Shown: piece by piece, positions 40,438 to 51,619 of the stretch | Layout: each line of letters starts with the position of its first letter | Numbering within the stretch: position 1 is the first letter of the stretch | From: Candidatus Latescibacterota bacterium | GTDB lineage: Bacteria > Latescibacterota > UBA2968 | DNA: 64,000 bases | NCBI GenBank assembly: GCA_965204745.1 | Contig: OZ242010.1 | Location: 192,001 to 256,000 of the forward strand | Direction: 5' to 3' | Notes under the pieces: model-generated | Database searches by the model: none | Told to the model about the DNA's origin: nothing | Seen by the model: only the letters and a program-made list of their open reading frames with translations | Translations under genes and position numbers: made by a program

Positions 40438-42873
40438 CTATTCATGCCGCAGGGCTTCTACCGGGTTCGTCAGTGCGGCGCGGAAGGCGTGATAGCCCAC
40501 GGTGAGCAGGGCGATCAGCAATGTGACCGCGCCGCTCCCCGCGAATATCCACCACGAGAGGTCCGTGCGGTACGCAAAGCCGTCCAGCCAGTTTCGCATG
40601 GCAAAATAGGCGATGGGGCAGGCCAACACGCTGGCGATCACGACCATCGCGGCAAATGTTCTGCAAATCAAAATCGCGATTTGAAACGCGCTCGCACCCA
40701 AAACTTTCCGCACCCCAATCTCTTTCACGCGCTGCTCAATCGCAAAAGCCGACAAGCCGAACAGGCCCATACACGCCAGCAAAATCGCCATACCCGCCGA
40801 GACCGCGGTCAGGGCTTGCGCCCGTCGCTCTCGATTGTACATGTCTTCAAAATGCTGGTCCCACATGGCGTGCTCAAAGGGCTGATCCGCAGGGGCGAAT
40901 CGCTTCCAAGTCTTTTCAAAAAACGCGAGCGTCTCTTCTATGTTTTCCGCTTTGACGCGCACGCCCAAGTTGTAAAACTGCTGTGACCGCAGGGTCAGCG
41001 CGACCGGGCCGATCTTCTCCCGCAATGGGCTGTAATGAAAATCTCGCACGACGCCGATCACGGTTCCCTTGCGATTGCGGGATCGATCCACCCACTCAAA
41101 GGTTTTGCCGATGGGATCGTCCCAGCCGAGTTTGGCAACCGCTGTTTCATTGATGACAAAAGCTGTTGACGTGTCTGTGGGAAAGGCGATGGGGTCGAAT
41201 TTGCGGCCTTGTACCAGTTCGATTTGAAACACATCCAAATAGTCCTCATCCACCTCCAAAAGGGGCATGCGCCAGTCCGTGCCGGCGTGTCCCTCTGCCC
41301 GAATGGTTCGGAGGATGCCCCCGCCCCAGCCGACCCACCAGCGATAGGCCGTGGCTTCGAGTGCATTTGGATGCGCGAGGAATGCTCGTTTCACCGTGGC
41401 ATAACGCGCCGCGAGCCGTCGCCCCACATCCGGTTCCGTCTCTTGATCGAGCACGAATATCGGCATCAGCACCATCTGATCCACATTGAATCCCAGGCGT
41501 TTGTCGGCGAGGTAATCGAGTTGCCGATAGATCGCTCCGGTGCTCGCGAGCAAGATGATCGAGATAGCAAATTGCGCGACCACCAGGCCCTTGCGGATCC
41601 ATTGCCCACGCGACCCTGCGCGAAACGCCCCCTTGAGCGTTTCCGTGGCTTCGTACGCGGACAGGAAAAACGCGGGATAGGCGCCTGCCAACAGCCCGAC
41701 GAGGATGGCGATGCCGAGCAGGGCAAAGGCAAAACCGCCCGTCAACTCGAGCGCGAGTTGACGGAAAAAGAACGCATTGAACGCGGGCAACGCGACTCGC
41801 ACCGCAATCAGCGCGAGCGCCAGCGCGACCAGGGCCGTGAGCATGGCCTCGCCCAAAAATTGCCCCATCAGTTGCAGGCGGTGCGCGCCGACCACTTTTC
41901 GCAACCCCACCTCGCGCGCCCTGCCCGCGGCCCGCGCCGTCGTCAGATTGGCGAAATTGATACCGCCTATCGCCAGCACCAAAAACGCAACCGCGCCAAA
42001 TTGATAGACGCGGTCGATATCCCCGTACCAGTCCAAATTGTAGTCCTTGCCCGAATACAAGTAGATGCGATGGAGCGGTTGCAGGTGGTACGCATTGGTG
42101 CGCGCGATCTCCGCGCCCATGTGGCGGTCGATAAATTCGGGCAATTTGGCGGCCAGCGCTTTTGGATCGGCCCCCTTGCGAAGCAGAAAATACGTATTGA
42201 CGGGCCGCCAGCCATCGGTGGGGATCCAATCTTCCCAAGCGTATTTCGATTCTTCAGCGATGCCGCCCGTTGCGATATAATCAATTTGATCGAATCCGAG
42301 CGTGGAATTGCGGGGCACATCTTTCAATACCGCCGCGACAACGCGCTCCCCGCCGAGGTGGTTGCTATCTACTGTGAATGACTTGCCGATGGGATCGCCA
42401 TCCCCAAACAATTGCTTTGCCGTCGATTCGGTGATGGCAATGGCGTTGGGATTGGGAAACGCGGTTTTGTGGTTGCCCCGCACAAATGGCAAATCGAAAA
42501 TCTCAAACAGTTCCGGATCGACGATGCAGGCGGACACTTGGAACTTTTTTTGATCCACGCGCACGTCAACCTCTCCTTGCCATAAGCGCGTGGCCTTTTC
42601 CACTTCCGGAAAATCCCGTGCGAGTGCCCCTGCAAGCGCGCCCGACGTGAAGGGCAAATAATCCGAGTGCCCCCCGGCGCGGGTCTCCCGAAGAACCCGA
42701 TAGATCCGATCCCCTTTCGCATGCCACCCGTCAAAGCTCAACTCATTCTGAATGTAGAGCACGATCAAAATGCAGGTGCCCAACCCAATGGCAAGCCCCA
42801 AAATATTGATCGCCCCAAAGGACTTTTGCCGCTTCAGATTCCGCAACGCGACGACCCAATAATTCCAAAACAT
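40438..42873 (-). CDS. Duplicated MacB/FtsX-family ABC permease (orphan)
   Basis: Two MacB-PCD/FtsX halves; REVGLRKVVGA, KEIGVRKVLGA and NPVEALRHE motifs. Confidence 0.92.
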   Translation of the reverse strand: MFWNYWVVALRNLKRQKSFGAINILGLAIGLGTCILIVLYIQNELSFDGWHAKGDRIYRVLRETRAGGHSDYLPFTSGALAGALARDFPEVEKATRLWQGEVDVRVDQKKFQVSACIVDPELFEIFDLPFVRGNHKTAFPNPNAIAITESTAKQLFGDGDPIGKSFTVDSNHLGGERVVAAVLKDVPRNSTLGFDQIDYIATGGIAEESKYAWEDWIPTDGWRPVNTYFLLRKGADPKALAAKLPEFIDRHMGAEIARTNAYHLQPLHRIYLYSGKDYNLDWYGDIDRVYQFGAVAFLVLAIGGINFANLTTARAAGRAREVGLRKVVGAHRLQLMGQFLGEAMLTALVALALALIAVRVALPAFNAFFFRQLALELTGGFAFALLGIAILVGLLAGAYPAFFLSAYEATETLKGAFRAGSRGQWIRKGLVVAQFAISIILLASTGAIYRQLDYLADKRLGFNVDQMVLMPIFVLDQETEPDVGRRLAARYATVKRAFLAHPNALEATAYRWWVGWGGGILRTIRAEGHAGTDWRMPLLEVDEDYLDVFQIELVQGRKFDPIAFPTDTSTAFVINETAVAKLGWDDPIGKTFEWVDRSRNRKGTVIGVVRDFHYSPLREKIGPVALTLRSQQFYNLGVRVKAENIEETLAFFEKTWKRFAPADQPFEHAMWDQHFEDMYNRERRAQALTAVSAGMAILLACMGLFGLSAFAIEQRVKEIGVRKVLGASAFQIAILICRTFAAMVVIASVLACPIAYFAMRNWLDGFAYRTDLSWWIFAGSGAVTLLIALLTVGYHAFRAALTNPVEALRHE

Positions 42874-42976
42874 CGCATCCCTCCGTCAAAAGCAGTGCGT
42901 ATTGCCCGCCCATCGCCTATTGGACACATCCAAATCCCCCTGGGTTTCTCTCGCCTCTCGCCTCTTGTATCTTCCT

Positions 42977-43278
42977 CGTAGGCACAGGCGTAGCCTACAA
43001 CGAAGCGTAGCGAGTAACGGGGCCAGGGGGTAGGTTCCACCTCGCAAAACCTATCCCCCCGGCCCCCTTTCCTACAAGGAAAGGGGGAGCACATGGCTTT
43101 CTTAAAGGTTTGTATCCATGGTTGTTCTGATGGCTTTGAGCGAATGGATAATGCCATAGAAACCCAAACCCCGCTCGCGCAAGCCCTCGCAAGACCTATC
43201 GCCATTTCCCCCTTCCTCGTAGGCACAGGCGTAGCCTACAACGAAGCGTAGCGAGTAACGGGGCTAGGGGGTAGGTTC
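42977..43278. repeat. Cluster of palindromic MITE/REP-like units
   Basis: GTAGGCACAGGCGTAGCCTACAACGAAGCGTAGCGAGTAACGGGG occurs twice; related to 12641, 30190 and 51620-51972. Confidence 0.85.
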
Positions 43279-43285
43279 CAATTTC

Positions 43286-43335
43286 AAAAAGTAAAGCCCG
43301 AGTTCCCTGTGAACCCGGGCTTTACTTTGTTTTTT
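43286..43335. terminator. Terminator downstream of the giant surface-protein operon
   Basis: AAAGTAAAGCCCG...CGGGCTTTACTTT with A/T tails on both sides. Confidence 0.7.
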
Positions 43336-43349
43336 GCGTCTTTCGTCGT

Positions 43350-43550
43350 TCAGCCTGTCGAGCCAAAGTCGGCGACGAAGATGAGGAAATCGGAGAATCC
43401 AATCTCGCCATCGCCATTGAGATCGCACCGGGCGTCATATCGCTCCTGTCCGAGCCGCGATCCAAACTTATCCGCAAAGGTCAAGAAGTCGGCGAAATTC
43501 ACATTGCCATCGCCATTGCCATCTGTGGCGGTCAAGGAATAGGCTTTCAT
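43350..43550 (-). CDS. Stand-alone dockerin/EF-hand-like mini-protein (or detached C-terminus)
   Basis: DGNGDGNVNFADFL...DLNGDGEIGFSDFL; ATGA overlap with the upstream gene. Confidence 0.6.
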   Translation of the reverse strand: MKAYSLTATDGNGDGNVNFADFLTFADKFGSRLGQERYDARCDLNGDGEIGFSDFLIFVADFGSTG

Positions 43551-46500
43551 TGGAAGTGGGAGGCGGGATAGAGGCTTCGGATGTAGGGTTCAATTTCTTG
43601 AGCGGTCGTGCGCGTGGCAGTTGGCTCGATGACGTTCCCTCTGAGGAGGGCCTCGTTCCGGAAGAAGAGGACATATCGAATGATCAGGATTATATCCGAG
43701 AACAGCCTCACATCGCCATCGCCATCCACATCGAGAATGTTCTGACCGACCAACGTGTCGAGGTAGGGGGTAATGGTTTGCGGGGTCGTGCGCGTGGCAT
43801 CTGGCTCGATGACGTTCCCTCTGACGAGGGCCTCTTCCCGGAAGAAGAGGACGTATCGAATGACCAGGATTATATCCGAGAACAATCTCACCCGGCCATC
43901 GCCATCCACATCCAAGTTGGCACTCGGGGTTTCGTCATCGGTCAGGGTCAGGGTCACGGGTGCGGGTGCGGTGATGCCTTGGGCGTTGTTTGCGGTTGCA
44001 GACACCGTGACCGTCTTCTCGTCTGCCTGGTCGTTGTTGTCCTCTGCGGTGATCGTCACGGTGCCCGTGCTCGTTGTGGTCGTCACCGCGATGATCAGGG
44101 TGTCTGCACTCGATAGCGTGAAGTCGCTCGCAGTCGCAGGGGACACAGGCGTAGCAGAGACCGTGATCGTCGTGATCGCGCTCGATGGATGCGATAGGGT
44201 CGCCGTGATCGTGGAAACCTCGGCGTTTTCCGAGATGGACGAGGGCATCAGCACCAACGTCACGGTCGGCGCATCTTCATCGTCGGTCGTCGTCACTGGA
44301 ACATCCTCATCCGAAAGGGTGTTGTAGTTGGCATCGCCGCTTGACGAGGCGAGTCGCACCGTCCAGGTGACGTTCCCGTCGTCGATGATGTCGTCTTGCC
44401 CGGTCACGGTCACGGTTTGTGCCGTGTTATAGCCTGACGTCGTGAAGGTCAGCATCGCAGGCTCAACCCGCCCCTCGCTCGGGTCTTGGCTCGTCACCGA
44501 AATCGTCACCGCCGCCGTGGGTTGCGTCAGCAGGGCCACCGTGAAGGTCGCCGAGCCACCGGCCTCTGTGGCCTGCCCGGTCACCGCGCTGATGTCCAAG
44601 CCGAAATCGTTATCGCGGTTGACCATGTACACGATGATCGCGGAGAGCGCGTCGTAGTTGGTGTCCTGCGTATCCGTCTGGTTCACCGAAAGGGTGACCG
44701 TATAGTTCTGGTTGCCATCGACGTTGTTGGCGGGGGCATCGTCCTGTCCGGTCACGGTCACGGTTTGTGCCGTGTTCCATGTTGTCGATGAGAAGGTCAG
44801 CACCGAGGGCGATACAGTACCTTCCGTCGTGTCTGAACTGACCACCGAGAGTGCCACATTTCCGGTTGGCTCGGAGGCGAGCGTGACCGTGAAGGTCTCT
44901 GCCCTGCCCGACTCTGTCGTGTGGAGCCTGACCGTCGTCGTGGTCATCGCCGACACCTCAATCGCCGCCTCGTCGTCATCGGTGATCGTCAGCGTCACAG
45001 CCTGCACGGTGCCCGCGCCGTGGTCGTTCTCCACAGCAGCGGTCTGCACCATCACCGCGTTGTCTGATGCGTCTATGTCGTTGTCCACGGCGGTGAGTGC
45101 CACCGTGTCCGTCGCGTTCGCCGTGCTCCCAGCCGCGATGGTGATCGTCGAATCCGACCCTACGGTATAAGCATTCGCCACCGGGCGTACCGTGATCGTT
45201 GTCGCCGCGCTCGATGGGTGTGTCAGCGTCGCGCTCACCGTGCTCACGCCGCCGGCCTCCGAGATGGACGCGGGCGACAGCATTAGTGTCACGTCCGGCG
45301 CGGCGTCATCGTCTGTGATCGTCAAAGCCGTGCCGGTCACACTGCCTGCGCCTTGGTCATTGCTCACCGCAACAGACACGGTCACGTCGCGATTAGGCGC
45401 GTCTTGGGTGTTGTTCACCGCTGTAATGACCACGGTATCCGACGCGTTCGCCGTGCTCCCGGCCGCGATGGTGATCGTCGAATCCGACCCCACCGTGTAA
45501 GCACCGGTCACAGGGCGCACCGTGATCGTCGTTGCCGCGCTCGACTTGTGAGACAGCGTCGCTGTCACCGTCGAAACACCGCCGTTCTCTGCAATCGACG
45601 CGGGCGACAGCGTCAGTGCCACATCCGGCGCGGCCTCATCATCGGTGATCGTCAGCGTCACGTTAGACGATAGCACCGCCCCATTGCCACCTGCCACCGT
45701 TGCAGACACGGTCACGCGCTTGTCCGGTGCATCGGTCGTATCGTTCACCGATGTGATCGTCACGGTGCCCGTGCTCGTCGTCACATTCGCCGCGAAGGTC
45801 AGCGTGGTCGCGGTCGATAGCGTAAAATCGCCCGCAACCGCAGGGGCCACCGCGGTCGCTGAAACCGTGACCGTCGTCGCCATGTTTGTGATGCGATCCA
45901 GCGTCGCCGTGATCGTGGAAACCTGGGCATTCTCCGTAATCGACGAAGGAGTCAAAACCAACGTCACGTTCGGCACGTCGTCATCGGTCAGCGTCAGCGT
46001 CACATCAGTGACCGATCCCGTGCCTACGCTGTTGGTTAGCGTACTCGACACGGTCACCGTCTTGTTCCCCGTAGCATCGGCGTTATCCTCCCCTGTGATC
46101 GTCACGGTGCCCGCGCTCATCGTTTGCCCCGCCGCGACGGTCAGCGTGGGCGGCGTACTCAGCATGTAGTCGGCCGGAACCGCAGGTGACACAGGCGCCA
46201 CTGTCACCGTAATCGTCGTCGGATGGCTCGACGTGTGAGACAGCCTCGCGGTCACGGTCGAGACACCGCCGTTCTCCGTAATTGACCCATCAGACAAAAC
46301 CATCGTCACGTCCGGCGCAGCGTCGTCGTCCGTCAGCATTATAGTGCCGGTCACACTACCCGCGCCTTGGGCGTTGCGCGACACAGCGGATATGGTCACG
46401 GTGCGAGCAAGCTCGTCTCGGGTGTTGTCCAACGTTGTGATGACCACCGTGTCCGACGCGTTTATCGTGTCCCCGGCCGCGATAGTGATCGTCGTATCCG

Positions 46501-49500
46501 CCGATATCACCGCGTAAGCACCGGTCACCGAGCGCACCGTGATCGTCGTCGCCGCGCTCGATGGACGCGAGAGCGACGCCGTGACCGTCGCCGCCTCGCC
46601 GTTCTCCGAAATCGACGCGGGATTCGGCGTCAGCGTCACCATCGGCGCAAGGTCGTCGTCGGTGATCGTCAAAGTGCCGGTCACCCTGCCCGAGACTTGG
46701 CTGTTGTGCATCACAGCGGACATGGTCACGTCGCGATTAGGCTCGTCTTGGGTGTTGTCCACCGCTGTGATGACCACCGTATCCGACGCGTTCGCAGTGC
46801 TCCCGGCCGGTATGGTGATCGTCGAATCCGCACCCACCGTGTAAGCATCCGCCACTGGGCGCACCGTGATCGTCGTTGCCGCGCTCAACGACCGTGACAG
46901 CGTCGCGGTCACGGTGCTCATCCCACCGCTTTCCGAGATCGACGAGGGCGTCAGTGCCAACGTCACGACCGCGGGTTGGAGCTGAAATTGCACGGTGGTG
47001 TCCAGGCCGGCATACTTCAAGGCCGGATACTGATCCATCGCGCCAAAGGTCCACGGATCGTCGTTGCCGGGTTGTCCGTCTATGTTGGCGTTCCAGCCGT
47101 AGTAGGTGTCGTTGGTGGTGGCACCGTAGGTGGTGGGGCTCTGGAGCTCGCTGGTCGTCTTGCCCGCCGCGCCGCTACCGCCGAAGCTCGTTGGGCGCCC
47201 GCTGGTTGTGGTGTCCCAGTAGCTATCGGTAACCGTGCCCGTGCCGGCATTCGACTCGCCCAACAACCCGCCGATAGATGTCATCGACCCGCTGGAGAGG
47301 CTGACCGCGCCGGTGGAGTAGGAGTTTGTTATGGAGCCGGCGGCGGCTTTTGAGCCTACCAGCCCACCGAGGTTCTGAGTCGCGCTGACGGATGCGAGGG
47401 AGTAGCTTGTAGAAATGGAGCCTCCGGTCCAGCCGACCAGACCGCCGACGACATTGTCGCCCGTCATGCGACCGGTGGTGTAGCAGGCGACGATTTCGCC
47501 GCGATTGCCGCCGACCAGAATGGCACTAAAGTCGTCTGCCGTAACATCGGCGTCGGTTACGCCCAGCGACTCGATGCGGGAGTTGGTGCCGGTGCCGCCG
47601 AACAGTGCTTGGTAGCTAACGGTGTTGCGGCTGATGAACAGGTTTTGGACGGTGTAGCCGTTGCCTTTGAAATCGCCTGTGTATCGTAACGCTGGGCTGG
47701 CGTCGGAGCCGATGGGCATCCAGCCTTGGCCGCTATTCCAGTAGGCGGCGTCTGCTGAGGTGATTGCGCCATCGTTGTTCTCGTCAAAGTCCAGGTTGTT
47801 GAGCAGTTCGTAGCCAGTGCAACCGCTGGAAGGGCAACCCTTGCTCGCTGACAAGTTCCCGTTGGGAAAGGCGGCGTTGTAGGTGGTCGTATCGGCGGTC
47901 GTGGCACTTGAGTCTATGGCACCATCGCCATTGATATCCCAGCGCATGGCATGCAGTTGGGCCAAGGTCGAGACCTCGAGGAGGCCATCGCTATCCGTGT
48001 CGTAATTCACGGGTTGGGCAGCGTACTGCGCCGTGGTGTCCAGGCCGGCAAACGTCAAGACCGGATACTGCTTTGTCGTGCCAAAGGTCCAGGGATCATC
48101 ATCGTTGGTCCCCGAAGCATCTATGGTCAGATCGTCCCAGTTGGCATAGATGCCGCTCGCAGACGTGATCGATTGTAAGTCGGAGGTCAGCTTGCCCTCC
48201 GGCGCAACAGTATCGCTATCATCGGCAATGTCGCTTGTTTGCGTGTCCCAGTAGCTATCGGTCACTGTACCAGCCGAACTGCCCACCAACCCGCCTTTCG
48301 TGCCGGCACCCGTGACTGCGCCCGTCGCGTAACTGGCGGTCACGCCACCGCCGCTCGCGATTTGACCCACCAACCCGCCGGCCACCGCGTTGCTGTGTCC
48401 CGCGAACACAGAGCCCAGCGCGTAAGACGCCACCACCTCGGTCTGATCGGTCAGCCAACCCACCAAACCGCCGGCCAATCCGTCACTCGTCACATGTGCA
48501 GGAACCCGCACAGAGACGAGCGCGTAGCTGCTCACAATGCGATTAGTGCCCGAAGTGCGATAAGACCGACCAACCAAACCACCCACACCCCACCGCGACC
48601 CCGAAACGCGACCCGTCACATAACACGACGAGATGGTGCCCCCACCACCTTGATTACCGGTCAGACCACCCACGCGGTCAGCACCGGTCACATTCACATT
48701 CAACAACCCCAACCCCGAAACATCGCCATCAACCGCATGGAACAATCCTGTATTATGCCGAGACCCCCGGTTGATGTACAAGTGGGAGATCGTCTTGTTG
48801 TTGCCTTTGAACGTGCCGCCGTAAGGCCCCACAGGGTCCCAGCCGGCGCCGCCATTCCAGTAGGTGGCGTCTGCTTGGGTGATCGCGCCGTCGTTGTTCT
48901 CGTCAAAGTCCAAGTTGTTGAGCAACTCGTAGCCGATGCAACCTGTGGAAGGGCAACCCTTGCTCGCTGACAAGTTCCCGTTGGGAAAGGCGGCGTTGTA
49001 GGTCATGGCATCACTATCGGCGACGACCCCATCGCCATTGAGATCCCAGCGCATGGCATGCAGTTGGGCCAAGGTCGAGACCTCGAGGAGGCCATCGCTA
49101 TCCGTGTCGTAATGCACGGGTTGGGTAGCGAACTGCGCCGTGGTGTCCAGGCCGGCAAACTTCAAGGCCGGATACTGCTTTGTCGTGCCAAAGGTCCAGG
49201 GATCATCATTGTTGGTCCCCGAAGCATCTATGGTCAGATCGTCCCAGTTGGCATAGATGCCGCTCGCAGACGTGACCGATTGTAAGTCGGAGGTCAACTT
49301 GCCCTCCGGCGCAACAGTATCGCTATCATCGGCAATGTCGCTTGTTTGCGTGTCCCAGTAGCTATCGGTCACTGTACCTGAGTTTTCCGCCAGCCCATGC
49401 TTGTGCAGGCAGGCCCCCGTCACTGATCCCAGCGAGTAGCTCGACGCGATCGTCGCACCCGAACCATTGGCACCTACCAACCCTCCGCCAGTGCCCCACG

Positions 49501-51184
49501 GCCCCGACTGATTGCACACCACAGACGCCGTGGCGTAACTCGCCACGATGTACGACCCCCTCTGAGCGGCGCCCACCAACCCGCCGACATTGGTGTTCGC
49601 CGTGACCGACCCCGTGACGTAACTCGCCGCGATCCGACCCTTGTTCAGACCCACCAGCGCGCCCACCGTGCCCTGACCCGTATTGATCACCGCGTTGACC
49701 AACCCCAAAGAGCGGATGTGGGCAGTGGTATCCGTGCTTGCGAAAAATCCCGAATAGTTGGTGTAGCGGTTGATGTACAGGTGGGAGATCCTCTTGCCGT
49801 TGCCCTCAAATGTGGCGGTGTATGGGGCGGTGTTGCTACTGCCGATGGGTGCCCAGCCCGCGCCGCCATTCCAGTAGGTGGTGTCTGCTTGGGTGATTGC
49901 GCCGTCGTTGTTCTCGTCAAAATCCAAGTTGTTGAGCAACTCGTAGCCGGTGCAGGTCCCGGACGGGCAACCCATCCGGCCGCTACTGGTGGTGTCGTGG
50001 CTGGGAAAGGCGGCGGCATAATCGGCGTGGGTAGCGTCGCCATTGCCGTTGAGGTCGTGGCGAATGGCGTTGAGTTGCGCCAAGGTGGTGATGTCAATCA
50101 GGCCGTCGTTGTCGTCGTCGTAGTCAATCCCAACCACGGAAGGACTGACGTACTTCAGTACCGGGTACTGACTACTGGTGCCGAAGTTCCACGGATCGTC
50201 TCTGCCTTGGCTATCGCCGGTGGCAGTATTGCCATCCAAGTTCAGGTTCCAGTTGGCGTAGATGCCGGTGTAGCCAGTGGGATTTTGGAGATTGCTGGTG
50301 GACTGACCGCTACCTATTAAGATTGACCCTGAAGCTTTTGAGGAGTCCCAGTAGCTGTTCGACGCGCTACCTCCGGCTTCGTCCCCGACTAATCCGCCGG
50401 GAGAACCACCGGTGCTGAGGGTACCTGCGAAGTACGAATTTGTTATAGTGACATCGCCCCACACCTCGCCTACCAAACCGCCGATTGAGCTTTGGTTGTT
50501 GGTGGATGTAACGGATGCATGGGAGTAGCTAGTTGAGATACTTCCTGTGCCAGCCCGGCCGACTAATCCAGAAAGTCTTCCTCCGCCCGTCAGTGTGCCG
50601 GTGGTGTAGCAGGCGACGATTGTGCCGGAATTTTGGGATACCAGAATGCCGCCCCGGTTTTTTAACGTAACATTGGCGTTGATGATGCCGAGGGTTTCGA
50701 CGCGGGAGCTGGATCCAAATTGGGAGAACAGTCCGATATAGTTGGTGGAGCTACGGTTGATGAACAGGTTGTCGATAGTGTGGCTATTGCCCTTGAAATT
50801 GCCCGTGTAGGTACCACCTATGGGTAGCCATCCGGCGCCGCTGTTGTAGTAGGCGTCGCCGGAGTCTGTGCCGATGGTGCCGTCGCCGTCGGTGTCTAGG
50901 TCAATGTTGGCGGTGAGTTCGTAGCCGACGCAGGTAGTGAGGCAACCCATGCCTGTGGCGGCGTTGGGGAATGCGGCGTTGTAGTTCGCAGTATCCGTAG
51001 CGGCTACGACCCCATCGCCGTTGAGGTCCCAGCGAATGGCGTTGAGTTGGGCGTGGCCGGACACCTCAATGTAGTTGTCGTTGTCCGTGTCGTAGTCGAC
51101 GGTGGTTTGGGCAAAAGCAGGCCCTGATGCCACCAGCATGCCCAACGCGACCAGGGCCAACAAGCGAGCGTAGCGGGGCATCAT
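43547..51184 (-). CDS. Giant secreted repeat protein (4 GLUG-type modules, about 9 Calx-beta-like repeats, dockerin-like end)
   Basis: Signal peptide ending AFA/Q; four YDxDxD-initiated modules with GGLVG motifs; repeats ending TDDD/E; terminal LDVDGDG repeats; 2545 aa. Confidence 0.88.
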   Translation of the reverse strand: MMPRYARLLALVALGMLVASGPAFAQTTVDYDTDNDNYIEVSGHAQLNAIRWDLNGDGVVAATDTANYNAAFPNAATGMGCLTTCVGYELTANIDLDTDGDGTIGTDSGDAYYNSGAGWLPIGGTYTGNFKGNSHTIDNLFINRSSTNYIGLFSQFGSSSRVETLGIINANVTLKNRGGILVSQNSGTIVACYTTGTLTGGGRLSGLVGRAGTGSISTSYSHASVTSTNNQSSIGGLVGEVWGDVTITNSYFAGTLSTGGSPGGLVGDEAGGSASNSYWDSSKASGSILIGSGQSTSNLQNPTGYTGIYANWNLNLDGNTATGDSQGRDDPWNFGTSSQYPVLKYVSPSVVGIDYDDDNDGLIDITTLAQLNAIRHDLNGNGDATHADYAAAFPSHDTTSSGRMGCPSGTCTGYELLNNLDFDENNDGAITQADTTYWNGGAGWAPIGSSNTAPYTATFEGNGKRISHLYINRYTNYSGFFASTDTTAHIRSLGLVNAVINTGQGTVGALVGLNKGRIAASYVTGSVTANTNVGGLVGAAQRGSYIVASYATASVVCNQSGPWGTGGGLVGANGSGATIASSYSLGSVTGACLHKHGLAENSGTVTDSYWDTQTSDIADDSDTVAPEGKLTSDLQSVTSASGIYANWDDLTIDASGTNNDDPWTFGTTKQYPALKFAGLDTTAQFATQPVHYDTDSDGLLEVSTLAQLHAMRWDLNGDGVVADSDAMTYNAAFPNGNLSASKGCPSTGCIGYELLNNLDFDENNDGAITQADATYWNGGAGWDPVGPYGGTFKGNNKTISHLYINRGSRHNTGLFHAVDGDVSGLGLLNVNVTGADRVGGLTGNQGGGGTISSCYVTGRVSGSRWGVGGLVGRSYRTSGTNRIVSSYALVSVRVPAHVTSDGLAGGLVGWLTDQTEVVASYALGSVFAGHSNAVAGGLVGQIASGGGVTASYATGAVTGAGTKGGLVGSSAGTVTDSYWDTQTSDIADDSDTVAPEGKLTSDLQSITSASGIYANWDDLTIDASGTNDDDPWTFGTTKQYPVLTFAGLDTTAQYAAQPVNYDTDSDGLLEVSTLAQLHAMRWDINGDGAIDSSATTADTTTYNAAFPNGNLSASKGCPSSGCTGYELLNNLDFDENNDGAITSADAAYWNSGQGWMPIGSDASPALRYTGDFKGNGYTVQNLFISRNTVSYQALFGGTGTNSRIESLGVTDADVTADDFSAILVGGNRGEIVACYTTGRMTGDNVVGGLVGWTGGSISTSYSLASVSATQNLGGLVGSKAAAGSITNSYSTGAVSLSSGSMTSIGGLLGESNAGTGTVTDSYWDTTTSGRPTSFGGSGAAGKTTSELQSPTTYGATTNDTYYGWNANIDGQPGNDDPWTFGAMDQYPALKYAGLDTTVQFQLQPAVVTLALTPSSISESGGMSTVTATLSRSLSAATTITVRPVADAYTVGADSTITIPAGSTANASDTVVITAVDNTQDEPNRDVTMSAVMHNSQVSGRVTGTLTITDDDLAPMVTLTPNPASISENGEAATVTASLSRPSSAATTITVRSVTGAYAVISADTTITIAAGDTINASDTVVITTLDNTRDELARTVTISAVSRNAQGAGSVTGTIMLTDDDAAPDVTMVLSDGSITENGGVSTVTARLSHTSSHPTTITVTVAPVSPAVPADYMLSTPPTLTVAAGQTMSAGTVTITGEDNADATGNKTVTVSSTLTNSVGTGSVTDVTLTLTDDDVPNVTLVLTPSSITENAQVSTITATLDRITNMATTVTVSATAVAPAVAGDFTLSTATTLTFAANVTTSTGTVTITSVNDTTDAPDKRVTVSATVAGGNGAVLSSNVTLTITDDEAAPDVALTLSPASIAENGGVSTVTATLSHKSSAATTITVRPVTGAYTVGSDSTITIAAGSTANASDTVVITAVNNTQDAPNRDVTVSVAVSNDQGAGSVTGTALTITDDDAAPDVTLMLSPASISEAGGVSTVSATLTHPSSAATTITVRPVANAYTVGSDSTITIAAGSTANATDTVALTAVDNDIDASDNAVMVQTAAVENDHGAGTVQAVTLTITDDDEAAIEVSAMTTTTVRLHTTESGRAETFTVTLASEPTGNVALSVVSSDTTEGTVSPSVLTFSSTTWNTAQTVTVTGQDDAPANNVDGNQNYTVTLSVNQTDTQDTNYDALSAIIVYMVNRDNDFGLDISAVTGQATEAGGSATFTVALLTQPTAAVTISVTSQDPSEGRVEPAMLTFTTSGYNTAQTVTVTGQDDIIDDGNVTWTVRLASSSGDANYNTLSDEDVPVTTTDDEDAPTVTLVLMPSSISENAEVSTITATLSHPSSAITTITVSATPVSPATASDFTLSSADTLIIAVTTTTSTGTVTITAEDNNDQADEKTVTVSATANNAQGITAPAPVTLTLTDDETPSANLDVDGDGRVRLFSDIILVIRYVLFFREEALVRGNVIEPDATRTTPQTITPYLDTLVGQNILDVDGDGDVRLFSDIILIIRYVLFFRNEALLRGNVIEPTATRTTAQEIEPYIRSLYPASHFQ

Positions 51185-51200
51185 TTTGTCCCCCTCTCGA

Positions 51201-51222
51201 GGGGGGGGGGGGGGGGGGGGGG
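51201..51222. repeat. 22-nt poly-G/C homopolymer beside the RBS of the giant gene
   Basis: Direct reading. Confidence 0.8.
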
Positions 51223-51619
51223 TACACTGTACTGATCATCCTAACAGACTGCTTTGCAATGAAATAGAAGCACACGCCAAGACGAGAATGGGCACCATGA
51301 ACCGCTCTTTTCGCGGAAAAAACATAGGACCAAATGAGGTTCAAACAGCGGCTGAAAATGGCGGTGATCATCCGGAGCCTCCTTTGCAAAAGCACTGTCG
51401 CACAGACCGGGCGCGGCTTTTCCTCCGCGCTCAAAATCGAAATAGCGAATGGGTAAAAAATTAAAAATTACGCTATTGTTTGTCAAGTGGTAAAATGACG
51501 ATGGGACCGGTGGCCAGTCAAGCGAGAAGGACAGGCACAGGGGCCTGTGCCTGCGACGGATGGCGACAGGGCGTGCGATTAGCCACAAAAGGCACAAAAA
51601 CACAAAAGGGCGATGGGTC

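Noticed and set aside
47940-49377. DGR template/variable repeat pair
   Set aside because: Both copies are in-frame modules of one gene, there is no adenine-specific pattern evident and no reverse transcriptase is nearby.
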